DNA of 64,000 nt from Caecitellus pseudoparvulus (GCA_965644315.1 CBFFRQ010000084.1:1-64000), one strand, 5' to 3'; counted from the stretch's first letter, positions 34,290 through 46,385 are shown. Program-made: numbers and translations. The notes: generated by a model not told the origin, from the letters alone.

Positions 34290-37064
34290 TCAGGCATCGC
34301 CACGCCACACACGCAGCAGGTGCTGGCGCCGGGCCTGCTCCTGTGCGCCCAGCACCTGCTGCAACTGCTCCTCCAGCGTCCCACGAGCCACCAACAGCTC
34401 CTCCAAATGCAGCCGCACGTGCTCGTGGTGTCTGCGCGCCTTGGTGGCAGCCGCTGTCGCCACTTTTGCAGCGGCGGCGGCACCAGCCACAGCGGCGCTC
34501 ATGTTCGCGACAGCGCGCTTGCCAGCCGCCACGTCCACGGCCCCGCCCTCTGAACCCTGCATCGTGCGCGCCTGCAGCTCTCGCACGAGGCTGTCACGCT
34601 TCACGACGGCGGCGGCAGCGGCGGCGTCGGCTGTGCTGCGGTCGGTAAGTGCGACCTCCTCTCGCCGCCGCGCCAGTTGCAGCTCGTGCTTCAGGGACTC
34701 GAGTTTTGTCATGATGGCATGTGCGTCGTCCATGCCTTCCTGCACCTGTGCTGCCAGCCACTGGGCCACGCTCTCCAGCTGCTCCTGGCTCAAGCACGGC
34801 TGCTCCAGTGACGCTGCAGAGACGGGTGCACTCTGCCGGGGGGCGGCCACGCACCAGCCACCAGGCGTGTCAGAGGTCGTCCTCAGCACACCATGCCCCC
34901 ATTGAGCTACGGCGTGCAGAGGGGCCATGCCTGCTCCCACTTGGAGGGGTGGAAAGGGGGGCACTAGCGGATGCATGCTCGCCGCGAATTCCGCATCCAT
35001 CACCACCTGTCGCGGCAACGGCGCAGTGATCACGGAGGGGCCCCCACCTGGTACCAGTGCAGAAAACCCAGCTGGGTGTGCCTGTTCCTGGGGCTGCCTG
35101 GGCTGTGGGGGGGTTTCCGCGGCCCACAGCTGGCTGCCCCACCCCGGCACCCACCCCTGCGCTGCTGACGCGGCAGCAGTCAGCGTTGACCCCACGACAG
35201 CCAACGAGTCACCCACGTAGGGCACATCCCACAAGTAACCCCCGATGGACTGAGCCAGGTTCGTCGCCGGGAGCAGGACAGCGGACGTGTCCACGCCAAG
35301 GGGCGTGTCCAGCAAACTCCACGAGCTGGCGGGCCGACTCATGCGGCGCGGAGTGACTCCGCCACTTGTGGGCGTTGCTGCGGAAACTGGCGTGTCAATT
35401 TGTGCTGGCTGGTCTCTGCCTTGGCCTGCAGCCTGCAGCACCGTGTCCGGCAGCTCCCCTGGCGCTCGGGACAGACGTGGCACTTGGAACAGCACTGACG
35501 CGCGTCTGGCCGGGGTGGCGGGCCCAGAACCGCCGCTGGGCGAGTCATCCGACACGCCAGGTGGCCCAACTGGCTCAAGGGCTTCACCCTGTGGCACTTG
35601 CTGTAGGACCAGGTGTGTCTGCAGCGCCAGCAGCGCGCACTCCTCCTCCCACCCCTGCAGGTCGGCCTGCGACACGAGCTGGTCGCGCAGGGTCGCTGCG
35701 AAGCCCTGCGCGTCAAACAGCGGCGCAAAGGCGACCAAATCCTCCTCCCCCGACAATTCTTGCGCAGCTGCGAGGGTGGGGTACCCCACCACCGCCCGCC
35801 ACCGCCGCATCCACGTGGACACGATCATCCCCGCCTCCCAGCCTGTGGGTGAATCGCCACCCCCCTCTTCGCCCTCGCTGGAGGCCCCAGGAGCTGGTCG
35901 CGACGGCTCCCAAGGGCACGTGCTGGACACGCTGAGTATGCCCGCAGAAAGGAGTCCGCGCCAACCGAGCAGGAACACCGCGTCCAGTGTTCGCAGCAGA
36001 CTGGGCAGCGGCAGGGACGACGCCAGACAGGGAATGAGCGTGCCTGCAGCCAGCACCTCTGGGCGCATGGCGGTGGCATCAGGGTCGAACAGCCAGGCGT
36101 GGGCCTCCGGGGCGCGCGCTTGCAGCGCCAACGCGAACACTTGGCCCAGCTCCAGAACACGTGACATGTGCCCGCTCCACACCTGCGCAAAGCCCAAGTT
36201 AGCTGCCAGGTGGGCCAGCAGCTGAACAGCCGTGTAGACATGCTCAGCGCTGCACCACACCCGTGCAGGCGTGTGTCCCTGTCCAGTGGACAGCACGGTG
36301 TCCGGTGTGGGGTACCCTGCCGCCGCTGCCAGCAACGCAGCAGCGATGAAGTTCATGCCCTGGCAATACTGCACGCTGGCCTCTGCCACGTGGCGTGCAA
36401 AGGCATACAGAGTGAGGTACAGGCCCTCCACGCCAGTCAGACGCCCCTCCTGGTATGGTGCTGCCAGCCCCTCCTCTGAGCTGTCCGTGCCATCTTCCGC
36501 AGCGCCGCTGCCGTCCTCACGGAATACTGCTGCGATGGCAAACAAATCTGCCTGCGGCATGGTGCGACGCACATCCCGGTAGATGTGCCCCTCCAGCTCT
36601 GGAGAGTGGCTCAGACGCGACGAATACAGCGGTGGAAACTTGGAAGTGCGCCCTTTTGGACTCGCCTCCCCCCCTGCAGCAGACTCTGCGCCAGGGCTGC
36701 AGACATGTCCACGAAACGCCGCTGAAACGTCGCCTGCCTCCCGTGCCGCAAAGTACCCCTCGACGCAGCTCTTAGCCGCTGCAAGTCGGTCCTCGTGGCA
36801 TGAAAGCGCGCCTGCACACATGTTCAGCCACCAGGTAGCTCGTTTGCGCGGACTGGGACCCACTAGCAGTGCACTCTCCACCAACGCAGATCGACGGCTG
36901 GCTGCCGGCGCACTCTGCACTTGCACAGGCGGACAGGCCAGCGCTGCGGCTGAGAAGTCCTCTGCGGGCAGCCACGGCACAAGGAGTGGCAGACAAGCTT
37001 CCAAGCCGTGCGTGCTGGGCGGGGGCAGGGGCGGCTCCCCCGCACTGCCTGCAGCGCTAGCCAT
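34290..37064 (-). CDS. TBC (Rab-GAP) domain protein with a C-terminal coiled coil
   Basis: IYRDVRRT (Arg finger) and YCQGMNFIAAALL (Gln finger). Confidence 0.88.
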   Translation of the reverse strand: MASAAGSAGEPPLPPPSTHGLEACLPLLVPWLPAEDFSAAALACPPVQVQSAPAASRRSALVESALLVGPSPRKRATWWLNMCAGALSCHEDRLAAAKSCVEGYFAAREAGDVSAAFRGHVCSPGAESAAGGEASPKGRTSKFPPLYSSRLSHSPELEGHIYRDVRRTMPQADLFAIAAVFREDGSGAAEDGTDSSEEGLAAPYQEGRLTGVEGLYLTLYAFARHVAEASVQYCQGMNFIAAALLAAAAGYPTPDTVLSTGQGHTPARVWCSAEHVYTAVQLLAHLAANLGFAQVWSGHMSRVLELGQVFALALQARAPEAHAWLFDPDATAMRPEVLAAGTLIPCLASSLPLPSLLRTLDAVFLLGWRGLLSAGILSVSSTCPWEPSRPAPGASSEGEEGGGDSPTGWEAGMIVSTWMRRWRAVVGYPTLAAAQELSGEEDLVAFAPLFDAQGFAATLRDQLVSQADLQGWEEECALLALQTHLVLQQVPQGEALEPVGPPGVSDDSPSGGSGPATPARRASVLFQVPRLSRAPGELPDTVLQAAGQGRDQPAQIDTPVSAATPTSGGVTPRRMSRPASSWSLLDTPLGVDTSAVLLPATNLAQSIGGYLWDVPYVGDSLAVVGSTLTAAASAAQGWVPGWGSQLWAAETPPQPRQPQEQAHPAGFSALVPGGGPSVITAPLPRQVVMDAEFAASMHPLVPPFPPLQVGAGMAPLHAVAQWGHGVLRTTSDTPGGWCVAAPRQSAPVSAASLEQPCLSQEQLESVAQWLAAQVQEGMDDAHAIMTKLESLKHELQLARRREEVALTDRSTADAAAAAAVVKRDSLVRELQARTMQGSEGGAVDVAAGKRAVANMSAAVAGAAAAAKVATAAATKARRHHEHVRLHLEELLVARGTLEEQLQQVLGAQEQARRQHLLRVWRGDA

Positions 37065-37505
37065 GGCGTGTCGCCAGCCCGCTTGGTTGACTCGCGCAAT
37101 ACCGTGAGGTCTGGGGCCGAGTCACTGAGCAGCAATGCTAGCAAGCACGTGCTTGGTTTCTTGGCATTCTGCTGTGCTGCCTTTCTGCCGGTGAAGTGCA
37201 GACGTAGTGAAATCTGAGCTAGATCCCAGAGCAACAAAAGCTGTAGTTCTGTAGAAACGTTCTACCAGCGGAGACGACATTGTGGCAGATAACTCGGCCA
37301 TTCAGCACCACGCACATTTTACACCCCACGTCGGACCCCCTCGCCAGCCCCTGCTCCCCCACCAGTCCCTACCACCGCAGACATCCGCCTTCGTAGTTCA
37401 GGGCGAGTCTCCACCTGAAGCTGACGTAGCCCCCTGTGCTGCACCAGCTGGGTTCCGGACCAGGCGTCGGAAGCACAAGGGGTCCAGGTGGCAGAGACGA
37501 CAGCC

Positions 37506-38178
37506 ATGATTTTCTCGACCATTGCCGATGCTGTGCTGTTCGCACTGGCCATCTTCTGCTTCGTCATGTGCTTCTTCTCCCGAGTGTATTTGGTGCGGCC
37601 AGGCCGCCACACACCAGCTGCCTCCTGCGCTCCATGGCGATGCCCTCTCCCCCACAGTACACTCAATTTGAGGACTGTCTGAAGGACTATGTCAATGAAG
37701 GGTCTTTCCTCAGGGAGGTCAAGTTCATCATCTGTAAGGAGCTTGTACAGCTTGCAACGTTTCGGCCGCGTTTCGGTCCTCCACTCCGGCAAACCCTCGC
37801 CCCCCCATCACAGTGTTCGAGCATGGGTGCGCTCTGGTTGGAACAGCACTGTGCCTGCTCTGTGGGCACTACCTGTCGGGTCTGTTTGGCGTCATCCTGT
37901 GCCTGGTACACCTGGATGAGTGGCGTCGCGGGAGGGCCACACTGGGCGTCATGACGCTGCGCAGCAAGAACCTGGCGAAAGAGACGCGCCTGTACATCTA
38001 CGTCAAGATCGCTGCTTACTGTGTCCTCATGCTGTGGTTGTGTCTGTCTCTGTACTCCAGCCTGTGGCAGTTCCTGGACGAGAATCCTTCCCACGTGCTG
38101 AACCTGTTTCGGTACTGGGTGCCGTTTGCACACCACGTGGAGATCATTAAAAACATCGCCGGGTACCGGCACCCATGA
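37506..38178 (+). CDS. Cornichon-family ER cargo receptor (introns 37593-37657, 37734-37813)
   Basis: Three TM segments, with the DCLKDYVN, FEH..LCLLCGHY and KIAAYCVLM pattern. Confidence 0.65.
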
Positions 38179-38334
38179 GGGTGCAGCAGGTGGGAACTGG
38201 CGCACTGCGCCCCTCTTTGCGTGGCTCATGTTGGGCATGTGCAGTGGCCCGCCGTGGTCACTTCCCAACATCCGCACTCTGCGCCACGCCAACGCACCGT
38301 CCGGTACTGCACGGTATGCACGACGGCATGCACC

Positions 38335-40539
38335 ATGTCGGGCTTGGCCCCCAATGCATCTGTCTTGCTGGAGCTGTCAGAGAGCTCCGGCAGCCTCAGC
38401 GACGGCACACCCCACGCCAGTCCTGAGGCGGTGGATGCGCTGCTGGGAGCCAGCCACGGCACATGGGCCAGCGCCGGCTACGTTTCGGAAGCGCCGAGTG
38501 TTTCGGCGCTAGAACTGCTCCAGAGCGGGACATCTGAGGGCGAATTTGTGCCTGGCCTGCAAACAGGTGTGGACCTGTCCGACAGTGTCGCGCAGCACTT
38601 GAGTTTCGGCGGTGTCAGCGATGGCTCCGGCACTGCACGCCGTAGCTTGGGCGGCCGTCGAGTGGCCGAGGATGAGGCGCATGACAGCGCCGGAAGCTCC
38701 AGGTCAGAGGAGGAAGAGGAGATACACGTTCCAGATTTGCGCACGACAGCACTGCTGGTGCCGTCCACGTCGCGCTCTGCCTCTGCACGCCGACCTGCGT
38801 CAACGGCAGTGCACAACGGCAGCCAGCCTCCCGCACGACAGCCGCTGCCGGCTTCCCTCGACGACTCCATCACCCAAGCCGCCCATGCCGCTGTCTCTGC
38901 GCTGGATGAGAGCTTGGATGGCATTGACCTTCCCATGCTGCGCACTGTGGCACTGTCCGTGCCGGGCCAAGTGTCCAGTGCAGTGCAGAAGCCTGCCGCT
39001 GCCAACGCTGCTGCCGCACAGAGCAGGTCAAGTCAAGGCATGCCAGAGCCTGCCCAGCAGCATGCACCAGCGGCGCTTGCAGCGCTGCACAGCCCCATTC
39101 AGGCAGCAGGTGATACGTCTGCGTTGAGCTCTGCCGACGTTTCAGCGGCGTGGGTGCAGCAGCCGGCACACGACCACCTCCTGCGGCCTCGCGTGCCAGC
39201 GCACACGCCCCTCACAAACCAGGCAGTGCAGGCATTCGCTAGCCCCTGGCAGGCGCCCTCTGCCGCCTCCGCTCCGGCGCAGCGGCAGGCTTCCCCTGCG
39301 CGTGGGGCTCGGCGTGTGAAACGCGCCAGCGGCAAGGCTGCCCCCCTGCCTCACCGCCGTCGAGTGCGTGGAGGCGCCCCACACCCGGGCGAAAGGCCTG
39401 CTGAGGGGAAGAAGTCTAAAGCAAGAGCCTTCCGTCGGAAAAAGACGAAACGCACCAGGAGGCCTGTCAGCCGCGCAGCTCCGGCGGAAGACGTGGGGCA
39501 AGTGAGTGACTCCGGCAGCAGGGGCACGGCACCCCTGCGTCACGCTGGTGCGTTTGCGGAGAAGGTGCTGCAGACCGCTGCAGCTGGCACGCCCTCCCGT
39601 GCATCTGTGCAAAGCCACTCGTCACGCGCCACAAGCCAGCGTCGCAGGCGGGTGGCAGGGGGCCAGAAACCGCACACGAAACGCCGACGGCGCAAAAAGC
39701 AACACCGCCGGCCCAGCACAGGAGCACCACCGCACGACAACGCACAGCCACCGTTCATGCAGTCTGGTCGGCCGCCCATCCCCGCTGTTGCCACTTTCCC
39801 CGCCCACCTGCCCCCCCCTGTGCCGCAGTACGACAGTGACGCGTCAGGGGGCGGGCCGTCGGGTGCGGCATTTGACGCGACGCTGGAGAGCATGGATGCC
39901 TGGCTGGCGGCAGCCACAGGGGACGCCTCGTTCATGACGGCATCTTCAGTGCGCCAGGGCACCCCACACAGCCTGTATGCACCCGGTATCTTCCCATCCG
40001 CCGCGCCGCCCATCCCCGTCGCATATGCGAGCCCCACGCGAGCCCTGGACGAGTCAGCACACTTCCAGCCATCAGACGCCGCCTCGCCACTGCCCAGATC
40101 ACGCCAAGCAGCCCAGAACACATCATCCATCCTGCAAACCTCTCAACATGCCGCTCCATCGGCATACCCACCAGTGGCAGTGCCTGCAACAGCTCCGCTG
40201 GCTGGCGTTCCGCCACCCCCCCCGCAGCCCACACGCCGGCGCGTCAGTGCAGCTGAAGGCAGGCGCCGTGCTGCAGAGCGAGTGCGCGCATCTCGCAAGA
40301 GTCAGCCCCGTCGCAGCGACCCCGTCGCGCGCCACCGGCAACTGCAAGCGCAGTGGGCGAGTCAGACCTTCGGCAGTGACGCCAACCGCCGCCGTGCTGC
40401 GCTGCAGGCGAAACGCACAGTGCAGGCGAAAGGCCGCCCGACACACAGCAGGCGGGTGGATCAGGATGCCACAGCACACCTGCACCCCAGCGGCGACGTG
40501 CCCCAGGGTGGTCGAGGCCTCATGGCGCCATGGGTGTAG
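38335..40539 (+). CDS. Low-complexity protein with a C-terminal HYLS1-like box
   Basis: RRSDPVARHRQLQAQW resembles the HYLS1 K/R-x-DPV-x-R-Y/H...W motif. The rest looks disordered. Confidence 0.55.
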   Translation: MSGLAPNASVLLELSESSGSLSDGTPHASPEAVDALLGASHGTWASAGYVSEAPSVSALELLQSGTSEGEFVPGLQTGVDLSDSVAQHLSFGGVSDGSGTARRSLGGRRVAEDEAHDSAGSSRSEEEEEIHVPDLRTTALLVPSTSRSASARRPASTAVHNGSQPPARQPLPASLDDSITQAAHAAVSALDESLDGIDLPMLRTVALSVPGQVSSAVQKPAAANAAAAQSRSSQGMPEPAQQHAPAALAALHSPIQAAGDTSALSSADVSAAWVQQPAHDHLLRPRVPAHTPLTNQAVQAFASPWQAPSAASAPAQRQASPARGARRVKRASGKAAPLPHRRRVRGGAPHPGERPAEGKKSKARAFRRKKTKRTRRPVSRAAPAEDVGQVSDSGSRGTAPLRHAGAFAEKVLQTAAAGTPSRASVQSHSSRATSQRRRRVAGGQKPHTKRRRRKKQHRRPSTGAPPHDNAQPPFMQSGRPPIPAVATFPAHLPPPVPQYDSDASGGGPSGAAFDATLESMDAWLAAATGDASFMTASSVRQGTPHSLYAPGIFPSAAPPIPVAYASPTRALDESAHFQPSDAASPLPRSRQAAQNTSSILQTSQHAAPSAYPPVAVPATAPLAGVPPPPPQPTRRRVSAAEGRRRAAERVRASRKSQPRRSDPVARHRQLQAQWASQTFGSDANRRRAALQAKRTVQAKGRPTHSRRVDQDATAHLHPSGDVPQGGRGLMAPWV

Positions 40540-40589
40540 GCGTTTCTTTGGGAGCAGCTTGCTGCGGTGTGGTGTGCGCAGGGCGTGCA

Positions 40590-43414
40590 TTAGTCTGACA
40601 ATTCAATGGCGCTCCCTGCGTCCTGCATCATGGGGTCACCCCACGCGTCGCTGTCCTCGCCGCTCGAACCGCTGCCGTCGTCACTGGCACTCCGCGCTGC
40701 CTGGGCTTCCAGCAGGCGCTGCACTGCACCACCCACCGGCCCAGCCTTGGGACGCGGCAGGGTCTCCACCAAGTACTCCTCCCACCCTTGCCGCGTCCCG
40801 TCGCGCTCAGTACCTTGTGCGAAGAAGGCCAGGGCCATGCGCAGGCGCAGGTACGTGATGTGTTCTTGGGAGAACTGCCGCGGCAGAAACGCCTCCTCGC
40901 CCTGTGCCAGCGAGGCTGCGATGAGCGTTGCAAACACACCACAGTCATACCCGTTCTCTTGCTGGGGCACAGCACTGATGGGCGCCGCAGTGACGGTCCA
41001 TGTGCTGGTGTCCACTGCACCTGTGTCGCCCAGTTGCCGAGCCGTTTCATCCGCCACCCATCGCTGCAACGCGCGCATTTCGCCGACATGAGCCCCCCGC
41101 AGCCCGCCACTGGACATGCTGTCAAAATGCAAGACACAGGCAGCGTCCAGGTCCACCAGGGCTGCGGTCCAGTGCATGTTGGCAGTGTTGATGGGCACGA
41201 CTATTCGCCGCACATCGTGCATGCTCACACTGCCCTTGCGGGGCTTCCCTGACCCCGGCCGGGTCTTGTACATCCACTTGGCCACACGGGAATGGTCGTA
41301 CACGCCGTTTTCCCACAGCATGGACAGGAAATTCATGTTGGGCACCCATGTGCCGGGGGCGGCCGCCTGCCCCGCCTCCTTGAAATGCGCCAGACGACTG
41401 TTCACAAGTTCATCGTTCAGCCACTGCCCCGGACGCAGCCGGGCCAGGTCAGCCACAGTCACAGGCAAGTTACCGCACCGCGACAGGCCTGCAGTGGGGG
41501 GGAGGGCGGGGTGCCACATGCCGGCCAGCACGGCGGCATCCCGCCAAGCCAGCGGAAACGCCTCCAAACCACTGGGTCCACTGGGATCCCCGCCCAGCAC
41601 GGGCGGGGGCACCAGCTCCTCGTCTGCGTTCCGGAACAGGCGAAGCAGCCACCCCCATGCTGCGTTGCGCTGTGACTGGGAGGGCGGCGTGGAGTCACCC
41701 CAGGTTGCACAGTGACTGTGCAGTGGGGGCGGCGTCGAAACGCACGACACCGCTTCTGCCCACACACCCAGAGGCACTGCACCCGGAACACACAGAACAC
41801 CCCCTTCACCATCTTCGTACCGTCCTGGGCCCACGCTGCTGCCCACAGCCCCCACAGCCTCCAGCACAGCGGTGCTGCGGTGTGACCCCCCCTGCACACC
41901 CTTTGCGAGGGCCCCTAGGACTCTGTCCAGGGGGGGTAGTCGCGGCAGCTGTGGCTGTGTCAAGAGCTCCAGGAACTCCACACACGCGGTCGCAGGCTGG
42001 GAGCTGCGACATGCCGCTGCAGCGTGGGCGGCGAGCGGCCACAGGCGGCCCACCCAGCACCCGGGCTTGTCAGGCGCCGAGGCGTCTGGTGCGTTCATGA
42101 GACGGGGAATGTCCTGAACGTGTACGCCCAGCAGCACAGCCCACGCCGCTTGGGGTGTGAGGGGGGGGCTCGCAGGCGACACACGCACACCCACACTGTC
42201 AACGTACGCCGCAGCCTCGCTAGAGAGGGAGAGGGGGGTGGCACCCCCCCCCGCACCTGCCAACGCAGGGGGGGGTGCGAGGGGTGTCGAGGGGGGGTTC
42301 GAAACCTCGGCACTGTGGAGGGAGGCGGAGGGGGGGCTCTGGCTGCGCAGGCCCCCCCCCCCTCCTCCTCCTCATCCGGCACAGTCACCACGCTGCCGGC
42401 ACCCCCTCCTGTGCCCGCGGCGCCAGCTGACGCCAGCGCCGTATTACGCAGCACCTCCCCCTCCCACACCTCCCGCTTCTGCTGCTGGATGTGGTGGTGT
42501 AGTGCGCCCCGCTCTGCCGCCCCCCTCCCCCCCCCCACGAGAGACGCACTCAACAGCTCACGCACATACCTGGACAGGTTGGCGTGACTGCCATCCCACC
42601 TGACACCCGTACCCCCCCCTGTCCCCCCCTGGGCCCCTGCTGAGTGCGGTACGGATACCGGCACCGCATGTGGCGCTGCTTGAGGCGCAGGCCCCCCAGC
42701 AGAGAGAAGGGGGGCGCCTGCACCCCCTGGAACCACCTGAGACACAGTCTGTGGTGTAGGTGCGGCCTTGGCGGCCTCCCGTTTGCGGCGCTGGGCGGCC
42801 TTGCGGGCCATGGCTACCAACATGCCTGGACTGCCAACAGGTCGCTTCGCGCCGCTTTGGCGATTGAGCATGCCACGCCCACGGCGCAGCCTGACCTGTG
42901 GAAACGGCTGCCGAATACGAGGCGGACCTCTCGAGTGCGTTACCGGCAGGGGAAGATCGTGGGCGACCTGCTGGGCTGGGAAAGCGGGCTGAGGCGCCGG
43001 CGGGTGGACTTCAATTTCCGCACCAAACCCCGCGCCCGCAACACTATCTTCCCCCGCCCCACGATCGAACCTGCCCGTGCCACGCAAAGATCCAGCCCTC
43101 CAGGACTGCGCAACAATGCTGGCGCCTGTCGTCGCCAAGCTGGGCTTGCTCTGCAGATGGATCGGGTGGCCAAGCGTTTGAGGCGTCAAGCCGTGTAGCG
43201 TGGCTTTTGTAGCGCCGCTCACGGGGTGCAAGCCAGCCTGCCCAGCCACGTCCGCGTCGCCCCCTGCCCCCCCCTGCATGATTCTGGGCCGCTTCACCAC
43301 CCCGCTCGGCGCCACTGCCGTGTCGGCCGTCTGTTGGGCACCTTGCCTGGCTCGCTTGCGGTGGCCAGGCGAGCAGCCCAACGCAGCCAGCCAGCTGGAC
43401 AGCTGCAGAGCCAT
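40590..43414 (-). CDS. Ulp1/SENP peptidase (C48); frame break near 42270-42365
   Basis: Motifs LRPGQWLNDELVN, PINTANMHW, FDS and PQQENGYDCGVF (His-Asp-Cys triad). The N-terminal ORF from ATG 43414 is in a different frame, across G homopolymers. Confidence 0.85.
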
Positions 43415-43554
43415 GTCAGGCGGGAGCTTGCAAAGCCCTCCGGTATGCAGTGCCAAGCAGCAGGGGCGCACTGGCCAGCACCGCCCAGTTGTGTGCGTGG
43501 TGCATTGTGGCGCGGTGCGGAAACTGCGTGGCTCCCTGCGTTGGGTGAGCGCCC

Positions 43555-45336
43555 TCAGTCCTCGTCTTCGTCAATGGCAAAGTGCGCCAAGACGTCAAAA
43601 CGAATGCCAGGGGCCTTGTGGTTGACGTACTTGACGAAGGAGTACAAACCTGGTGGCTTGGCCACCACTGACAGCGTGTTCGGCTTCACCGGCACAGTCA
43701 GCACCTCCTCATCTGACGTGAGGTAGCTGACGAAACCGCCAGCTTCCAAGGGCCACTCACCCTCACCATCTGGTGCGCACTTGCCTGCACCAGGCGTGCC
43801 AAGCACCATGGGCAAGCACAGCGTGACTTCCAACGTCACCGACGGCGTGTACGGCGCCGCCCCTGCTTCTGCACTGTGCTGCGTTTCTGCAGCTCCCGAC
43901 GCCTTCAAGGCTGCACCAGAGCGCTCCGCCACCGTGCTGCGTTTCGCCGCACGCCGACTGGCCTGGTACTCTGCATCGCAAATCATGGTGTAGTCCCTGT
44001 GACCGAAGGCGCGGCATTCCAGGGTCACCCCCACGAGCTGCTGCCCGGTGGCTGCTGAGAGAAACTCCACAAACGCTGCCGACTGCATGAACAGCTCCAG
44101 GGAATGCGCAGCAGAGAACAGCGTGCTCTGTAGCGTCTCTCGCGCACACGCTCCGTGCGCTTGGGCTGTTGTGCTGGTGGCGCTGCGGCGGAAATGCTGC
44201 AGGTTGGCAGGCGCCACGTGGCGCCACTCGTGCGTGGGCAGGGCAGCCATGACAGCCTCCAGCGCGTGGGGAGCGAGGAAATTCTCCAGTTGCAGGACGC
44301 CTGATGCGTTGAACGCAGCAGACATCTGCGGCAACACCTTCGCCGCCTTGGCCACGTACATGGGGTTGACCCACGCTGACCACACGTCAGCCGGCGAGCG
44401 GTACATGCCCAGCTGGGTGTACGCCGAGCCCTGACAAGGTCCCAGCGCGAGCTTGGCCAGGTTGGAAACGCGCCCTGCCGATGGTGGGCCCACGCTGGAG
44501 GTGTCTGAGTCAGTGCAGCCTCCGTCACCTGCTGCCGCTGCGAGGACGAGGGGGACGGCAGGGGGGGTTGAGGGGGAGTCATCCAGGGTCCATGGCGCGT
44601 AATACGTGGGGGGAGGCGGCAGCGCAGGAGCTGGCCGTGTCAGCGGGGGCCCGTGAAACCACCCTGAAATGGACATGCGGCCACCCTTAGCGCCCGACAG
44701 CACCTCCGCCACCTGGTGGAACGACAGGTGGGACACCTCGAAGAACGCCAGCGTGTTGAAACGCGGCACGATGGACTTGACGATGACGTCTGGCGCCCCT
44801 GCCGCGTCCGATGAGTACAGGTCCAGCGTGCCGCCGTCGCTGGCTGACCAGGTGGGCGGCACCAGGTACAGGATGTACGCGATGCGGCGCTCAGAGAGGT
44901 CGTCGTCGTGGCACAAGAGGTACGACGTGTCGTCGTACACTGCTGACGACATGTCGATGGTGCCGTCCAACTCAATGCCGCTGACAGTGCTCATCCACGC
45001 CACGAAATCCGGCGAGTACAGCGTTTCGCGCAGCTGGCGCAGCGCTCCGCTATCGGCCACAGTCAGGGAGTCACTCTGCTTGAACTGGTACAAGTCGTTG
45101 TTTTTCTCGTTGAAGGACGCCTCTGCCAGCTGCTTCTTGCAGGCCGTCAGGAATGATGGCGTGAAGATGTCGTGCAGCACCCAGTGCCTGAACGGCTGCT
45201 CTTCCACTGCCTTGGCGATGCTGTCGCCGACACTCAGGATACCTGGCACAAGGGGAGAGTCCCAATCAGTTACACGCGCATGTCCATCTTCTGTGCGCCG
45301 CTTCTTTGACGCTGAAACTGCCGCTGCGTCGCTCAT
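43555..45336 (-). CDS. OGFOD1: uS12 prolyl 3-hydroxylase OGFOD1/Tpa1
   Basis: Motifs PFRH, KNNDLYQFKQS, YLLCHDD, RRIAYILYLV, GGTLDLY, SFHQVAEV, RMSISGWFH, and a second domain with GGFVSY. Confidence 0.93.
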   Translation of the reverse strand: MSDAAAVSASKKRRTEDGHARVTDWDSPLVPGILSVGDSIAKAVEEQPFRHWVLHDIFTPSFLTACKKQLAEASFNEKNNDLYQFKQSDSLTVADSGALRQLRETLYSPDFVAWMSTVSGIELDGTIDMSSAVYDDTSYLLCHDDDLSERRIAYILYLVPPTWSASDGGTLDLYSSDAAGAPDVIVKSIVPRFNTLAFFEVSHLSFHQVAEVLSGAKGGRMSISGWFHGPPLTRPAPALPPPPTYYAPWTLDDSPSTPPAVPLVLAAAAGDGGCTDSDTSSVGPPSAGRVSNLAKLALGPCQGSAYTQLGMYRSPADVWSAWVNPMYVAKAAKVLPQMSAAFNASGVLQLENFLAPHALEAVMAALPTHEWRHVAPANLQHFRRSATSTTAQAHGACARETLQSTLFSAAHSLELFMQSAAFVEFLSAATGQQLVGVTLECRAFGHRDYTMICDAEYQASRRAAKRSTVAERSGAALKASGAAETQHSAEAGAAPYTPSVTLEVTLCLPMVLGTPGAGKCAPDGEGEWPLEAGGFVSYLTSDEEVLTVPVKPNTLSVVAKPPGLYSFVKYVNHKAPGIRFDVLAHFAIDEDED

Positions 45337-45669
45337 GGTGAACCGCTGCTGCTGAACCAATTTCCGCAACACGCCAGGCACTCTTGCTCAGCACAAGACT
45401 CTTGCAAGCGACGGTAAAGTGCACCGGAGGGGGTGCAATACATACGCATAAGTGGCAGGGTTTTGATCCCTGCTCGTGCATTGCAAGGTGTGACTGCGCC
45501 TCTGAGACAGGCGTGTTCGACAAACAGAGCAAACTGTGCGGCAGCTTGCAGCGCCAAGCACTGCCGCCCAGCAGCAGCACGCACAGCGAAGCTGAGTGTC
45601 TTGCCCTCTATACAGGCATCCTTTCGAAGGCATTTGGCGAGTGGACTCGGGGTTGTCGCCCCGCCGCCC

Positions 45670-46385
45670 TCACTTGCCTTTCGCGTAGGGAGACACGAAC
45701 TCCACAGTGCCGCGTTCCGTCATGCGGGTGCGTTTCACGGCACGCAGCTGCTTCTTGTTCATGCGCTTGATCTTCTCAGGGTCCTTGAGCTGTGCAGGGT
45801 GGCAGGGATGGCGGGTGGGGCACGGCGGCGCGCTTGCTCTTCAGCGTCCGGCCGAAACGCACCACCTGGTACGACGCGTTCTTGTACTCATTCTCCTCAC
45901 GACGGCGCTTGCGTTCTTCGCGACGGGCTCGAGCAGCCTGTGCGGAGCAGGTGGACACTCGTGGTGCGGCACTGCTCGCGCTGGCTCTGCCACATGCGAG
46001 TGGGCTTACATCTCGCTCCTCCTGGATTCGCGCCTTCTCGGCCTCGGCATACTCCTTCGCGGCTTGCATGCTGCGTTTCAAGGCTGCGCGCACGTGAAAA
46101 GCGCTCCTCTGCCGCTTGGAGGCAGCAGTTGCGGTTCCTCGAGACGCCAGTGACGACTTCCTGCACAGGCACGTGTGCGGTAATTGCATCGCGAAACGCC
46201 GAGGAACAGCTCTCGAGGGTCTCCCACATCTTCTGGGTGTGCTTCCAGCCACGCGCACTTTTGGGAGCCCCTTGAACCTTGACCAGCTTTCGCTCCGTCA
46301 CTTGCTTCTTGGGGGCCTTCTCTCCCTCGCCGGCCTCCCCCACGGCGCCGCCTCCTGCGGCAGCTGCCGCGGCTGGCGCAGACAT
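45670..46385 (-). CDS. CCDC86: CCDC86/Cgr1 ribosome biogenesis protein (3 introns)
   Basis: Motifs GAPKSARGWK, RREERKRRREENEYK..YQV and DPEKIKRMNKKQLR. Confidence 0.85.
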
